Shown piece after piece: positions 30,857 through 40,761 of a stretch of DNA of 64,000 nucleotides. The position numbers were made by a program, and so were the translations under genes. Positions within the stretch are counted from its first letter, which is position 1; each line of letters starts with the position of its first letter. The notes under the pieces are model-generated. The model saw only the letters and a list, made by a program, of their open reading frames with translations, did not search any database and was not told where the DNA came from. Source of the stretch: an uncultured delta proteobacterium (GTDB lineage Bacteria; Desulfobacterota; Desulfobacteria; Desulfobacterales; SpSt-501); NCBI GenBank assembly GCA_963716785.1, contig CAVQUW010000005.1:1699-65698 (forward strand), written 5' to 3'.

Positions 30857-33800
30857 ATGGAAAAACGTCCCCGCAAACGCCGATGGCCATGGGCGGCCGC
30901 AGCCGCGACCGCCGCGGTCCTGCTGGCCACCCTGGTCCTGACCGCCCCCATCCTGATCGACACCCCGGCGGTCAAGGACGCCATCCGGCAGCGTCTGGAG
31001 GAGGACCTCGGCGGCCGGCTGTCCTTCGAGCGCATCGAGCTGTCCCTGTTTCCGCGACCCTGCGCCGTGGTCCGCCGCGCCGATCTGCGGCTGCCGCGGC
31101 AGACCTCCCTGCGGGTGGCGGCACTGAACGTCTGCCCGCGGCTGCTGCCGCTGCTGCGAGGTCGGTTCGAACCCGACTCGGTGCGTCTTGAATCACCCGA
31201 TCTGGAATGGACGATGCCGCCGAGCGCATCCGCGCCCGATTTCTCCCCTCTTCGCCACCCGCGCGAGCTCCTGGCCTCCGCGGCGGCGGCGTTCCAAGGG
31301 CTTCCGGAAACGCTCATCACCGTCGAGGACGGAAGGCTGATGCTGACGGACGCGGACGGCGCCGGCCTGGAGATCCGTCACCTGAGGGGCAGCCTCGAAC
31401 GGCGCGGCAGCGGGCTCAAGGCCGTACTCGCCTGTGACTCCGACAGCTGGAAACGACTGGCTCTCGCGGGCGAGCTGGACCTCGACGCCGTCAAGGGGTC
31501 CGTCCGGCTCGACCTGGCCGAATTCGAACCGGCCAGGTTTCTCGCGCACGCACTTCCGGAGTCCGACTTCACCATTTTCGAGGGGCGTTCGCACTTCACG
31601 CTTCAGGTGGATTTCGACGGGGTTGAGAGGGTCGCGGCCGAATACCGCGCTGAAGTCTCCGCGGCGCGTCTGCGCCACCGCGAACGAGAAATGGACTTCG
31701 GCGCGGGGACCGTCGCCGGCACCTTGGCGCTCGCCGAAGACCGGGTGGCCTTCTCGGCGCGCGAAATCGATTTCAGCTCACCGAAACTCTCCGCCGCCCT
31801 CTCCTTCACCTACGACCCGGCCGCGGCGCCGCGGATCACCGCCGAAATCAACGGGTCCGATGTGGATGCGGATGCGGTGCGCCGCGCCGCGCTCTTTCTC
31901 ATGCCGGAGAACGAGGCGGTCAAAGACATCTTCAACGTGGTGCGCGGGGGCCGCGTCACCGCCATCACCGTGCGTGTGGCCGGAAACCGTCTCGCGGAGC
32001 TCTCCGACAGCGACCACCTGTTCATCCGCGGTCACTTGGAGCAGGGAAAGATTTTCGTACCGGGGGCCGCGGCCCTGGACCTGAAAGAGGTTCAGGGGGA
32101 TGCCGTCATTGCCGATGGGGTCCTGGAAGGCACCCAACTGCAGGCCCACTACCGCGGAACCCGCGGCACCAACGGCCGGCTGCGCATCGGCCTCACGCCG
32201 TCCGAGCCGGTTTTGGAACATTCCATTTTCGTCGTCGCCGATCTCGCCGAGCTGCCGGCGGTGCTGGAACGGTTGGTCGACCATGCCGGCTTTCGGGCGG
32301 AGCTCAAGAAAGTGCGGGATTTCCGTGGAACCGCGCAAGGCACCCTGCAACTCGCCGGAACACGTCAAGCACCCCGGGTGCGGGTCGAGGCCGCGGACGT
32401 CCGACTCGACGCGCACTACCCGCCGATCGGATTGCCGTTGGCCGTCCGGGGGGGCCGCGTCCTGTTCGAGGGGGCCGCCCTTGAGTTTGCCGGCCTCGAT
32501 CTGCGCATCGGAGGTTCGGTGTTCCCCAAGCTCGATGCCCGCCTAGCAACGGGTGAGCCGTTCGAGCTGAAAGCCCGGGCGTCGGCCGCCGATCTCGACC
32601 TCGCGGAGGCCTATCAGCTGGCGCAAGGGATCTGGCCCGAAGCGGTCCGGGACGCCAAGATCCGTTCCGTCGACGGCCGGGTGCGTCTGACCGGCTTCAC
32701 TCTCGAGGGGAAGACCCCTGCCTGGCACACCTGGAACATCAGTGCCGCCGGGACCGTCAGCGACCTGACGGTGAAATCGGACCATCTGCCGGCCGCCTGG
32801 AAAACAAACATGGGGCCCTTTCGCTGGGAGGGGCGGAAGCTGAGCGCGGCCCGGTGGGATGTCACATTGGGCACCACGGCGGTGAACGGGCTGTCGGGGC
32901 AGGCCGTTGGGGGGGCCGACGGCCTTCTGGAGCTGCACGCGGAATCGGCACGCATCGTGTGCGAAGACCTGTTCCCCTGGCTGGTCAAACTCACCGGGGC
33001 CGCCTCCATCCGCGACCACGTCGCCGAGATGCGCGGGATTCTGACCATCGCGGATCTGAGCGCTGGAGGCCCCCTCGGCCGACCGGGGGAATGGCGCCTC
33101 GGGGCGCGCGCGGAGATCGACGATCTCCTCATCCGAACGACCTTCATGGACGAACCCCTGAGGGTCGAAAGGGGCCGGGTGCGCATCGAAAACACCCCGA
33201 CCGGGGCGCCGGCACCCGTTCTGGTCGAGATGGACTCGATCCAGTTGAGCGCGGGGAGCACCAGCCTCGCCGGCGGGGGCCGGCTCACGGTGTCGCCGGC
33301 CGAAGTCGCCCTGGACTTCTCGGTCATGGCCGAACGCATCGACTGGAACGAGATCCGGAAGGTGTCCGACCGCTTCCCCGAGCGCACCCGGGGCAAGCAC
33401 CGGCCCGTGCGCGGACGGTTGGTGGTGCGCGCGGAGAGTTTCGCCTACGACAAGTGGCGGTTTCAACCGCTTTACGCCGAGGTGCGGATCGGCGCCGAGG
33501 ACACGCAGGTGACCCTCGATCGCGCCGAATTCTGCGGCATCCCGCTGGTCGGCCGCCTGGCTTTCAGCGACCACGGCGTGGACGCCTACATCGCCCCGAT
33601 CGCCGACGGCAAGGAGCTCGACGGGCTGGTCACCTGCCTGACCGACCAGAGCTCGTTCGCCACCGGCCGGTACAACCTCGACGGGGCGCTGAAGGCCCAA
33701 GGCCGCTCGCAGGACCTGCTGCAGTCCTTGACCGGCGAAATCCGATTCGTGGCCGAGAAGGGACGCATCCTGCGCTCGACCCTGCTCGCCAGGATTCTGG

Positions 33801-34276
33801 CCTTGGTGAACATCACGGAGATCCACAAAGGAAAGCTGCCCGATCTTTCCGGCGAGGGCGTAGGCTATGACCGCATGCAGATCATTGCCGAGGCGAAGGA
33901 CGGCAAGCTCCTGATCCACAGCTGGACGATCGACGGCCCCAGCCTCTGGATGGGCTCGCGCGGGGAAGTGGACATGGCCAGCAACCAGCTCGAACTGACG
34001 GTGCTGGTGTCGCCGTTCAAGACGGTCGACCGTATCATCAACCAGATTCCCGGCATCCGCTGGATTCTGGGCGGCCGCCTGGTGGCCATCCCCATCAAGG
34101 CCACCGGCGATGTATTCGACCCGCGGGTCACCCCGCTGCACCCGGCCGCCCTCGGCACGGGGCTGCTCGAGATGCTGCAGCGCACCCTCACGCTGCCGGT
34201 CACCATCATCCAGCCCCTGATCCCCGGCATGGACGGCCAGAACAACCTGGACAAGTCAACCATCCGCAAGGAGTGA
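30857..34276 (+). CDS. AsmA-family / YhdP-like large envelope protein
   Basis: About 1140 aa with an N-terminal TM anchor (WPWAAAAATAAVLLATLVLTAPILI). The conserved C-terminal region (YDRMQIIAEAKDGKLLIHSWTIDGPSLWMGSRGEVDMASNQLELTVLVSPFKTVD) is typical of AsmA-like C-terminal domains. Confidence 0.75.
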   Translation: MEKRPRKRRWPWAAAAATAAVLLATLVLTAPILIDTPAVKDAIRQRLEEDLGGRLSFERIELSLFPRPCAVVRRADLRLPRQTSLRVAALNVCPRLLPLLRGRFEPDSVRLESPDLEWTMPPSASAPDFSPLRHPRELLASAAAAFQGLPETLITVEDGRLMLTDADGAGLEIRHLRGSLERRGSGLKAVLACDSDSWKRLALAGELDLDAVKGSVRLDLAEFEPARFLAHALPESDFTIFEGRSHFTLQVDFDGVERVAAEYRAEVSAARLRHREREMDFGAGTVAGTLALAEDRVAFSAREIDFSSPKLSAALSFTYDPAAAPRITAEINGSDVDADAVRRAALFLMPENEAVKDIFNVVRGGRVTAITVRVAGNRLAELSDSDHLFIRGHLEQGKIFVPGAAALDLKEVQGDAVIADGVLEGTQLQAHYRGTRGTNGRLRIGLTPSEPVLEHSIFVVADLAELPAVLERLVDHAGFRAELKKVRDFRGTAQGTLQLAGTRQAPRVRVEAADVRLDAHYPPIGLPLAVRGGRVLFEGAALEFAGLDLRIGGSVFPKLDARLATGEPFELKARASAADLDLAEAYQLAQGIWPEAVRDAKIRSVDGRVRLTGFTLEGKTPAWHTWNISAAGTVSDLTVKSDHLPAAWKTNMGPFRWEGRKLSAARWDVTLGTTAVNGLSGQAVGGADGLLELHAESARIVCEDLFPWLVKLTGAASIRDHVAEMRGILTIADLSAGGPLGRPGEWRLGARAEIDDLLIRTTFMDEPLRVERGRVRIENTPTGAPAPVLVEMDSIQLSAGSTSLAGGGRLTVSPAEVALDFSVMAERIDWNEIRKVSDRFPERTRGKHRPVRGRLVVRAESFAYDKWRFQPLYAEVRIGAEDTQVTLDRAEFCGIPLVGRLAFSDHGVDAYIAPIADGKELDGLVTCLTDQSSFATGRYNLDGALKAQGRSQDLLQSLTGEIRFVAEKGRILRSTLLARILALVNITEIHKGKLPDLSGEGVGYDRMQIIAEAKDGKLLIHSWTIDGPSLWMGSRGEVDMASNQLELTVLVSPFKTVDRIINQIPGIRWILGGRLVAIPIKATGDVFDPRVTPLHPAALGTGLLEMLQRTLTLPVTIIQPLIPGMDGQNNLDKSTIRKE

Positions 34277-34463
34277 GTCCCGCCGACCGCTGCCACCGGC
34301 TTGACTTTTTCGTCATCGGCCTAATGTTGAAAGCACCTGTGATCAAAGGGCCTCGGACCGGCGACAGGTCGGGCTCGAGGGCAATCCCGATTGCAGCGAT
34401 GGGAGCGCGGAGCAGTGGTTCCGCTGCAAGTCATTTTCGAAATATCCCTAAAGGAGGGTGGTT

Positions 34464-34685
34464 ATGGCCTATACATGTAAGAGTTGCGGTGCCGTAGCAA
34501 AAGAGCCGGGGCATCTGTGCAACCCCTGCGGCGACAAAGCCAAGTGCAGTTTCTGCGGAGATCCCGGGGTCGACGCCAAACATGTGTGCAAGGACAAGCT
34601 GGCCGCCATGAAGTTCGTCTGCGGCGGTTGCGGGCGAGTGGCGATGGAAGCCGAACACCTGTGCAAGCCGGGTCCGATTGCATAA
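34464..34685 (+). CDS. Small Cys-rich protein (73 aa) with three internal CxxCG...HxC repeats
   Basis: A strong Shine-Dalgarno (AAAGGAGGG) lies 5 nt before ATG 34464. The repeats are TCKSCGAVAKEPGHLCNP / KCSFCGDPGVDAKHVCKD / VCGGCGRVAMEAEHLCKP. The protein has 10 Cys. Confidence 0.7.
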   Translation: MAYTCKSCGAVAKEPGHLCNPCGDKAKCSFCGDPGVDAKHVCKDKLAAMKFVCGGCGRVAMEAEHLCKPGPIA

Positions 34686-34697
34686 GGCAGATCCGTT

Positions 34698-34762
34698 CGA
34701 CCGGGCGGCAGACAGTCGCCCGGTCGACCCGGACCCCATCCGGGGGATCCGCTTTCACTTTT
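34698..34762 (+). terminator. Two stem-loops followed by a T-tract, downstream of the small Cys-rich gene
   Basis: Stem 1: cgaccgggcg/cgcccggtcg, 10 bp (34698-34726). Stem 2: cccgga/tccggg, 6 bp (34728-34744). Then ...ctttcacttttt. Confidence 0.45.
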
Positions 34763-34868
34763 TCCCGGCAGACCCCGAGAGCCCGCTGGGCAGGAACCCA
34801 AAACCGATACCGACCGACACGGACGCCAGCGCCGCGGCGGGTCTAAAATCCATTTCCAGGTTCGCCCG

Positions 34869-36029
34869 ATGACCACCGACCGCCTGCGATTTGAACAAGG
34901 ACCGATCCGGCCGCCCAACGAGGCCCGCAGCCTGCTCCTGCGGCTCACCCGCAACTGCCCGTGGAACCAGTGCCTTTTCTGCCCGGTGTATAAGGGGCGC
35001 AAATTCTCCCTGCGCAGCGTCGAGGAGATCAAGACCGACATCCGGACGGCCCGCGACACGGCCGACGACATCGCCGCCCTGTCCGTAAAGCTCGGCGAGG
35101 GCGGTGCGGTCACCGACGCCGTGGTCGGCCGCGTCTTCAACGACCCGTCGTACGGCAGCAGCTACCGGAGTGTGGCGGCCTGGATGTATTACGGCACCGA
35201 CGCCTGCTTCCTGCAGGACGCCGACAATCTCATCATGCGCACCGACGATCTCGTGGCGGTCCTCGAGTTCCTGCGCGAGAAGTTCCCCTCCATCCGCCGG
35301 GTGACGACCTATTCGCGCTCACGCACGGTCGTGCGCAAATCCGTCGAGTCGCTCAAGAAAATTCGTCACGCCGGTCTCGACCGGGTTCACATCGGTCTTG
35401 AAACCGGATACGATCCGCTGCTCAAGCTGATCAAAAAGGGGGTCAGCGCGGCCCAGCAGGTGGACGCCGGCCGCCGGTTGGTGGAGGCGGGCATGGAGGT
35501 TTCCGAATACGTCATGCCCGGTCTGGGCGGACAGGAAATGTGGCGCGAGCACGCGGTCGAGACCGCCCGGGTGCTCAACGCGATCAACCCGCATTTCATC
35601 CGCCTGCGCAGCCTGAGGGTCCCGCCGCGGGTGCCCCTGCACGCCAAGCTCGCGGAGGGCAGCTTCCAGATGCAGACGGACGACCGGATCGCCGAGGAGA
35701 TCCGGGTCTTCATCGAGCACCTGGAGGGCATCACCAGCACCGTCGCGAGCGACCACATCATGAACCTCCTGGAGGAAGTCTCGGGCCGGATGCCGCAGGA
35801 CAAGCAAAAGATGCTCGACGTCGTCGCCGCCTACCAGTCCCTGCCGGACCTGGAGCGCCTGATCTACCGGGTCGGGCGCCGCGGGGGGGCCTTCCGCTCC
35901 ACCCGGGACCTCGACCGCGACCCGGGCACCTACCGCAAGATCAAGCAGATGCTCGCGGAGGTGGAGCGCAAGGAGGGGGCGGATGCGGTCGAGCGGATGA
36001 TCACGGAGATGGTCGACCAGTACATTTAG
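34869..36029 (+). CDS. Radical SAM-like protein with CX4CX2C cluster spacing
   Basis: 386 aa. It contains RNCPWNQCLFCPVYKG (C-PWNQ-C-LF-C), followed by a TIM-barrel-like core (...GLDRVHIGLETG...). Confidence 0.7.
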   Translation: MTTDRLRFEQGPIRPPNEARSLLLRLTRNCPWNQCLFCPVYKGRKFSLRSVEEIKTDIRTARDTADDIAALSVKLGEGGAVTDAVVGRVFNDPSYGSSYRSVAAWMYYGTDACFLQDADNLIMRTDDLVAVLEFLREKFPSIRRVTTYSRSRTVVRKSVESLKKIRHAGLDRVHIGLETGYDPLLKLIKKGVSAAQQVDAGRRLVEAGMEVSEYVMPGLGGQEMWREHAVETARVLNAINPHFIRLRSLRVPPRVPLHAKLAEGSFQMQTDDRIAEEIRVFIEHLEGITSTVASDHIMNLLEEVSGRMPQDKQKMLDVVAAYQSLPDLERLIYRVGRRGGAFRSTRDLDRDPGTYRKIKQMLAEVERKEGADAVERMITEMVDQYI

Positions 36030-36087
36030 CCCGCCGTCCAAACGCCCGCTGCGCGCTCCCGCCGATACGCATCGAAAGACGAACCCC

Positions 36088-36633
36088 TCAAATCACGTAG
36101 GGGATGAACATTTTGGTCTTGCGCATGTAATCCGTGTACCTTTCCCCGAAATAGTCCGTGTTTTCTTTCTCTTCCATCAAGGCCGCGAGCATGCACGCGC
36201 CGGTCGCGAGCAGGGCCACCACAAGCAGGTCGGCCGCGACATTTCTCAGCAAAACGCCCCATGCCAGAAATAGAAGCGAGCCGTACATGGGGTGCCGGAC
36301 ATGCCCGAAGATCCCGGACTCCACCAACTCAGTGGTCTGCTCGAAACCGAAAAGAGTGCGATCCGCGCGCCGCGTGCCCGCCCTGCCCCTCTTGCGCATC
36401 ATGAATACCGCCGACAGGACATACACCAGCGAAGCGATCATGAGCACCGAGGAGATCACTTGCTGAAGGTCGAATTGGTCCACGATCAAATACCGGGAAT
36501 TTTGAACCGCCAGCCACAAGATGCACTCCCAGACCACGAACCGGTAGAGGCCATGGTTTTTCAGGCCGAACAGGGAGCGCCGGGAAAGCGCGAGCAGCGG
36601 AAGCGACAGAAGGCAGAAAACAAATACTTTCAT
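36088..36633 (-). CDS. ICMT/PEMT-family membrane methyltransferase (second paralogue)
   Basis: Start MKVFVFCLLSL at 36633. Contains SGIFGHVRHPMYGSLLFLAWG...EEKENTDYFGERYTDY. Confidence 0.7.
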   Translation of the reverse strand: MKVFVFCLLSLPLLALSRRSLFGLKNHGLYRFVVWECILWLAVQNSRYLIVDQFDLQQVISSVLMIASLVYVLSAVFMMRKRGRAGTRRADRTLFGFEQTTELVESGIFGHVRHPMYGSLLFLAWGVLLRNVAADLLVVALLATGACMLAALMEEKENTDYFGERYTDYMRKTKMFIPYVI

Positions 36634-36764
36634 TGCAGGTCCGTGGATATCGTTTGTCCGGACGCCCCTGCCCCGACAGCGGCGGTCAGGGCGCTCGCTG
36701 TGGGGCGTCAGGATGCGCGCCCGGGGACCCATACAGAGGGGGCCGTGCTCCCAGCCGCGGATTT

Positions 36765-39700
36765 TTATTCGGCTTGTCTCGTTTCAGGGTCGCCCACGAC
36801 GATAAAGGGCGCCCAGAAGAATGGGTGGGCGTAGCTGGCGACCACCCTCCCCTGCCCGTCGCGCATGCCGGGGCCCTGAATCAGCTCCAGCATGGCCGCC
36901 CGCAGGGCCGCGGCCTTGTCGAGACCCGGGTTCTCCTCCATGTGCCGAAACAGCGAGGTGGTCAGGCTCCTGGCCGAGCCCGTCTCCACCGGCCACATGC
37001 TGACCAGCACCGCCCTCGTCCCGGCGTAGAAAAAGGCCCGCCCCAGGCCGGACACCGCCTCCGCCCCGGCACCTTGGGCCGCGCCCGTGTTGCAGGCGGA
37101 CAGGACCACCCACTCGGCGTTGAGCTTCAAATCGAGAATTTCGGCCAGGGTCAGGAGCCCGTCATCCGGCTCGCCGGTGACGGAAGGCGCGGACAGTGCG
37201 ATGGCGGGCTGATCCAGGCCGTCCAGATCGTAGGGGACCAGGGCGTGCGAGGCGAAGGCCACTATCCTGCGGTTGGTGAGGTCCATGCTTTTTACCTGCC
37301 TTTCGGAAGCCTGTCGGCCGAGAAACACGTCTCGGGCCGGGTCGGCCCCAAGAGCCGCGGAGAGCGCCAGGATCTCATCGGCCGTGTCGGGCAGTCTCAC
37401 CAGTGACTCGATCTTACAGGAAACAATCGCTTTGTCGTCAAGGCTTCCCTCATCGGTCACCCGGATCCCTCGAACGTCCAGCACGGCGCCCTCCCCTCCT
37501 TCCCGCACGCCCAGCTTTTTTCCGCCTTCTTCCGCTTTGCCCATTTTCACTTTGCTGAAAAGCGGATCGCCGAAACCGGCAAAAGCCTCCTTGGCCGCGC
37601 GCATGCGCTGATGGGCTCGCAACGCCACGAACGCGCCGGCCGAGGGCACCGTGCTCGAGCTGACCCGGTGGATCAGCCACGGCGCCTTGCGGTAGCTTGA
37701 AAACAGGACCTCTTCCTCATTTTCGAGCTGAAAGGGACGGGTCGTCAGGATGGAGAACGGGATCCGCCCCAACGGCCCGGATTTCACGAAAATCAGGTGC
37801 CTGGAGCTCTTCCAGGCGTCTTCGAGCGGCTTCAGCAGCAAAGCGTACAACGCGTGCGCCTTTTCAAAGTCGTAAAGGGGCAGCCGGCCCAGAAAGGGGG
37901 TGGTCGGGGAGAGAGAGCTCTTGACCCCGGAAACAAGCTCTTCGAGCGTTGCTTTGGAGACCTCCAGCGCCACCATTTGAGGCGGACCGCTTGGGGGCAC
38001 GGCGAAGACACAGGTCCTCTTTTCGGTGCTGGAGATCGCAATCATTATCTCGTCAGGCCTGAGCCTGTCCTGGATCTCCTCGACCGAAGGCTGACGGGTG
38101 TCGACGAGACTCGCATAGTCGGGAAACCGCCTTTCGACTTCCGCGACGATGGTCGCCCTGGCCGCGTTCAATTTGTCCAGCTGGTCTTTGATGTTTCCGA
38201 CGGCCTGGTGGTCGATTTCGTCAAAAGGCTTGGCGAGCAGGCTTTGGATCAGGTTCTGGTAGGCCGTGATCCGCTGTTGGACGTCCTGCTCGGTGCGCAC
38301 GAGCTCCTTCAGCCCGGGGTCGTCGATGGACATGCGCGCGGCGCTTTCGAGTATGGCGGCCTGGACCGCGCGGTCGCCCAGCAGCATCGAGACCTCGAAG
38401 GCTTTGACGGGGGCCGAAAAGGCCAGGCGCTTTTCGGTCAGCGAGCCTCTGAGCGTCGACAAGAGGCTGAGATAGGATTCGAGGATGAGCTGAAACCGAT
38501 GGCCGGCCAATCGGTTCGCCACATAGGTCTTCGACCTCACGATCACGGGAATGGCCTCGGAGAAATCGAGGTAGGCCCTTTCATGCTGGCCGGTCGAGTT
38601 GTTCGCCATCCCGCGCAGGGCCAGCAATTCGGCGCTCTGCGAGTGGTCTTCCCCTAAAAGGTGCACCGATTTGCGGTGCGCCTCCGTGATGAGCGCCATG
38701 GCCTCTTCAAGCCGCCCGGTCATCACGAGTGTCAGCATCGCGTTCCTGTCGTTGGCGTAAAATGCATCGTAAATGTAAGGGTCCGACTCCTTCAATCGGC
38801 GGAAAAACTCGAACTGCGCGAGAGCGCCGACATAGTCCCCCTTGGCCACCAGGGTTTTGCAGAGGGTTTCGACGGAGCGCGACCACCAGCCGAAGGTGGG
38901 GGGCAGGTCCGTGCGTTCATAGCCCTGAAGCGCCGCCCGAGCGACCTTTTCGGCATCGTCGAACCTCCCCTGGGCCAGCAGGACCTCGGCAAAATTGGTG
39001 TTGGCCGCCAGCAGGTTGTGACTCTCCGCCCCCAAAAGCCTGATGGAATCCCGGATGGTGGCGCGCGCTTCGAGCTCGGCCTCGACCAGCCGGTTCTGAT
39101 CGATCAGGTTCCTGACCAGGCGAATCCTTTCGGTTTGCAGCAGCACCGGTTTCAACGGCCGGACCGCGGCGGCCGCGGCGATCGCTTGGCGCATGAAGGG
39201 TTCGGCCTCCTGGTACCTGGCCTGCATGTTGAGGACGTGGTAGTCGAGCCTGGCCTTGAAAATTTCTTCGTTGGCGTTCAATCTGGGGTTTCGTTCCCGA
39301 AAAACCGCCAGCGCTTCATTTCTGACCCTTTCCGCGTCCTCGAACTGCCCGGTGAGCGCATGGATATAAACCAGTTGAGCGTAGGGCATGAACTTCCTTT
39401 GGCCGCGATCCTTCAATATGTTGTAGAGGGTGATCGCCCGCCGGTAGTTCTGGAGGTTCAGCTCGCAGGCGGCCCAGATGCTGATGATGCGGGGGTCGAA
39501 TTTCTCCGGCATGGCCAGGTCATAGGCCGTTTTGATGTCCGCCGCGCACTGCCCGCAATGACCCAACTGCAGCACCGCGTCGGCCCGGTTGGTGTAAAAA
39601 GCGACCCGCTCCTGCCGTGACGCGTGCTCCGGCGGGGCCGCCTCCATGAGCCGGGTCCACTGGTTCGTGATCGAACCGTCTTGGCGGCTTGCCGGCTGGA

Positions 39701-39929
39701 TCACACCGAGAATGTCATCGATGCTTCGGGGAGGCGGGACGAACGCCTTGCCCCGCAATGACATCGTGGTCCGCACCGCCTCGTCGAGCGTCATTTTCTT
39801 CGGGCCGCAACCTCCGGAAAAAACCGCCAGGCCGAGGGCGGTCAAAAGGCAGCTCAACAGCAGGGCGGCCGGCACCGGGTGCCGGGCTTTTTCCGGGTGA
39901 ATCGGAGGAACCGTCCGACGGGTTTTCAT
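36765..39929 (-). CDS. TPR-repeat / CHAT-domain (caspase-like) lipoprotein
   Basis: Start MKTRRT at 39929. Lipobox AVFSGGC. A long TPR-like helical region is followed by a C-terminal CHAT domain with His (VAFASHALV) and Cys (VVLSACNTG) dyad motifs and FFYAGTRAVLVSMW. Confidence 0.85.
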   Translation of the reverse strand: MKTRRTVPPIHPEKARHPVPAALLLSCLLTALGLAVFSGGCGPKKMTLDEAVRTTMSLRGKAFVPPPRSIDDILGVIQPASRQDGSITNQWTRLMEAAPPEHASRQERVAFYTNRADAVLQLGHCGQCAADIKTAYDLAMPEKFDPRIISIWAACELNLQNYRRAITLYNILKDRGQRKFMPYAQLVYIHALTGQFEDAERVRNEALAVFRERNPRLNANEEIFKARLDYHVLNMQARYQEAEPFMRQAIAAAAAVRPLKPVLLQTERIRLVRNLIDQNRLVEAELEARATIRDSIRLLGAESHNLLAANTNFAEVLLAQGRFDDAEKVARAALQGYERTDLPPTFGWWSRSVETLCKTLVAKGDYVGALAQFEFFRRLKESDPYIYDAFYANDRNAMLTLVMTGRLEEAMALITEAHRKSVHLLGEDHSQSAELLALRGMANNSTGQHERAYLDFSEAIPVIVRSKTYVANRLAGHRFQLILESYLSLLSTLRGSLTEKRLAFSAPVKAFEVSMLLGDRAVQAAILESAARMSIDDPGLKELVRTEQDVQQRITAYQNLIQSLLAKPFDEIDHQAVGNIKDQLDKLNAARATIVAEVERRFPDYASLVDTRQPSVEEIQDRLRPDEIMIAISSTEKRTCVFAVPPSGPPQMVALEVSKATLEELVSGVKSSLSPTTPFLGRLPLYDFEKAHALYALLLKPLEDAWKSSRHLIFVKSGPLGRIPFSILTTRPFQLENEEEVLFSSYRKAPWLIHRVSSSTVPSAGAFVALRAHQRMRAAKEAFAGFGDPLFSKVKMGKAEEGGKKLGVREGGEGAVLDVRGIRVTDEGSLDDKAIVSCKIESLVRLPDTADEILALSAALGADPARDVFLGRQASERQVKSMDLTNRRIVAFASHALVPYDLDGLDQPAIALSAPSVTGEPDDGLLTLAEILDLKLNAEWVVLSACNTGAAQGAGAEAVSGLGRAFFYAGTRAVLVSMWPVETGSARSLTTSLFRHMEENPGLDKAAALRAAMLELIQGPGMRDGQGRVVASYAHPFFWAPFIVVGDPETRQAE

Positions 39930-40011
39930 GGCGTGCCTCCAGGCGCCTGGTGCCCGCATGCGCCCGCCTCGGGCGTGGGGGGGGCACGGTTGCCGACGCG
40001 ACCGCTTGCGG

Positions 40012-40701
40012 CTAATCGTGGACGAGAGTGATCGTCTTCAGGTAGCTGCCGCGCGTGGCGAGCGCCACCGCCGAGCTGAAGAGCTCCGGCGGTGCCGCCG
40101 CGCCGGCCTCGGCGCCGCCGCGCAGCTTGCCCGCGATCCTCAAGGGTTTTTCGGCCTGCCGATCCAGGCTGCCGCCGGCCACCGACCGGATTTCGGCCAG
40201 AATCGACCGGGACGCGCGCATCCGCGCGGCCTCCTCCGCCGGCGGGCGGAGATCGGCGCAGAGTTTCTCCAGCCGCACCCGCCGCGCCGCGGAAACCAGC
40301 AGGTGAAAGGTCTCCCGGCCCGGGTGGGGGTCGAGCTCGATCCAGCCGCCCCCCTCGGGGACAAAGACCGGCGTGCGGGCCTTGACTGCGGCCCTGCCCG
40401 GCTCCCTGGGGAACAAAAAGGTCAGCGTCCCGCGGGAGTCCTCGTGGAAAACGTAGAGATAGCCCTCCTGCTCGAACTCCGCATAGAATTTGACCAAATC
40501 GCCGGAGTGAAGCGTCATCCCGTCCTCAAGGGGAACAACCCGGGGCCGGCCGTCGCGGACCCCCTTGGTCACGGCGGAGAGGAGAAACCTGAAGTCCGCG
40601 TCCGCGGCGGGGGTTTGAGACCCCGCCGGCGACGGGATCTGGAGGGTGAAAGCGGCGGCAAGGGCGGTCAAAAGAAGCTTGAATGCAGAGACCGGCGGCA
40701 T
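40012..40701 (-). CDS. Secreted DUF4384-family protein
   Basis: It has a signal peptide. LHSGDLVKFYAEFEQEGYLYVFHEDSRGTLTFLFP is characteristic of DUF4384 (family name from memory). Confidence 0.65.
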   Translation of the reverse strand: MPPVSAFKLLLTALAAAFTLQIPSPAGSQTPAADADFRFLLSAVTKGVRDGRPRVVPLEDGMTLHSGDLVKFYAEFEQEGYLYVFHEDSRGTLTFLFPREPGRAAVKARTPVFVPEGGGWIELDPHPGRETFHLLVSAARRVRLEKLCADLRPPAEEAARMRASRSILAEIRSVAGGSLDRQAEKPLRIAGKLRGGAEAGAAAPPELFSSAVALATRGSYLKTITLVHD

Positions 40702-40761
40702 TCCGTCATCCTCTCCCGGGGCGGCGCAGCCGCCCCGTACCCGAATGGCAAGTCGATTTCT

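Noticed and set aside
14828-36633. The two ICMT/PEMT-family methyltransferase paralogues (14828..15568 and 36088..36633) as parts of a common system.
   Set aside because: They are 20 kb apart, on opposite strands, in unrelated neighbourhoods, and only family-level similar. No evidence links them.
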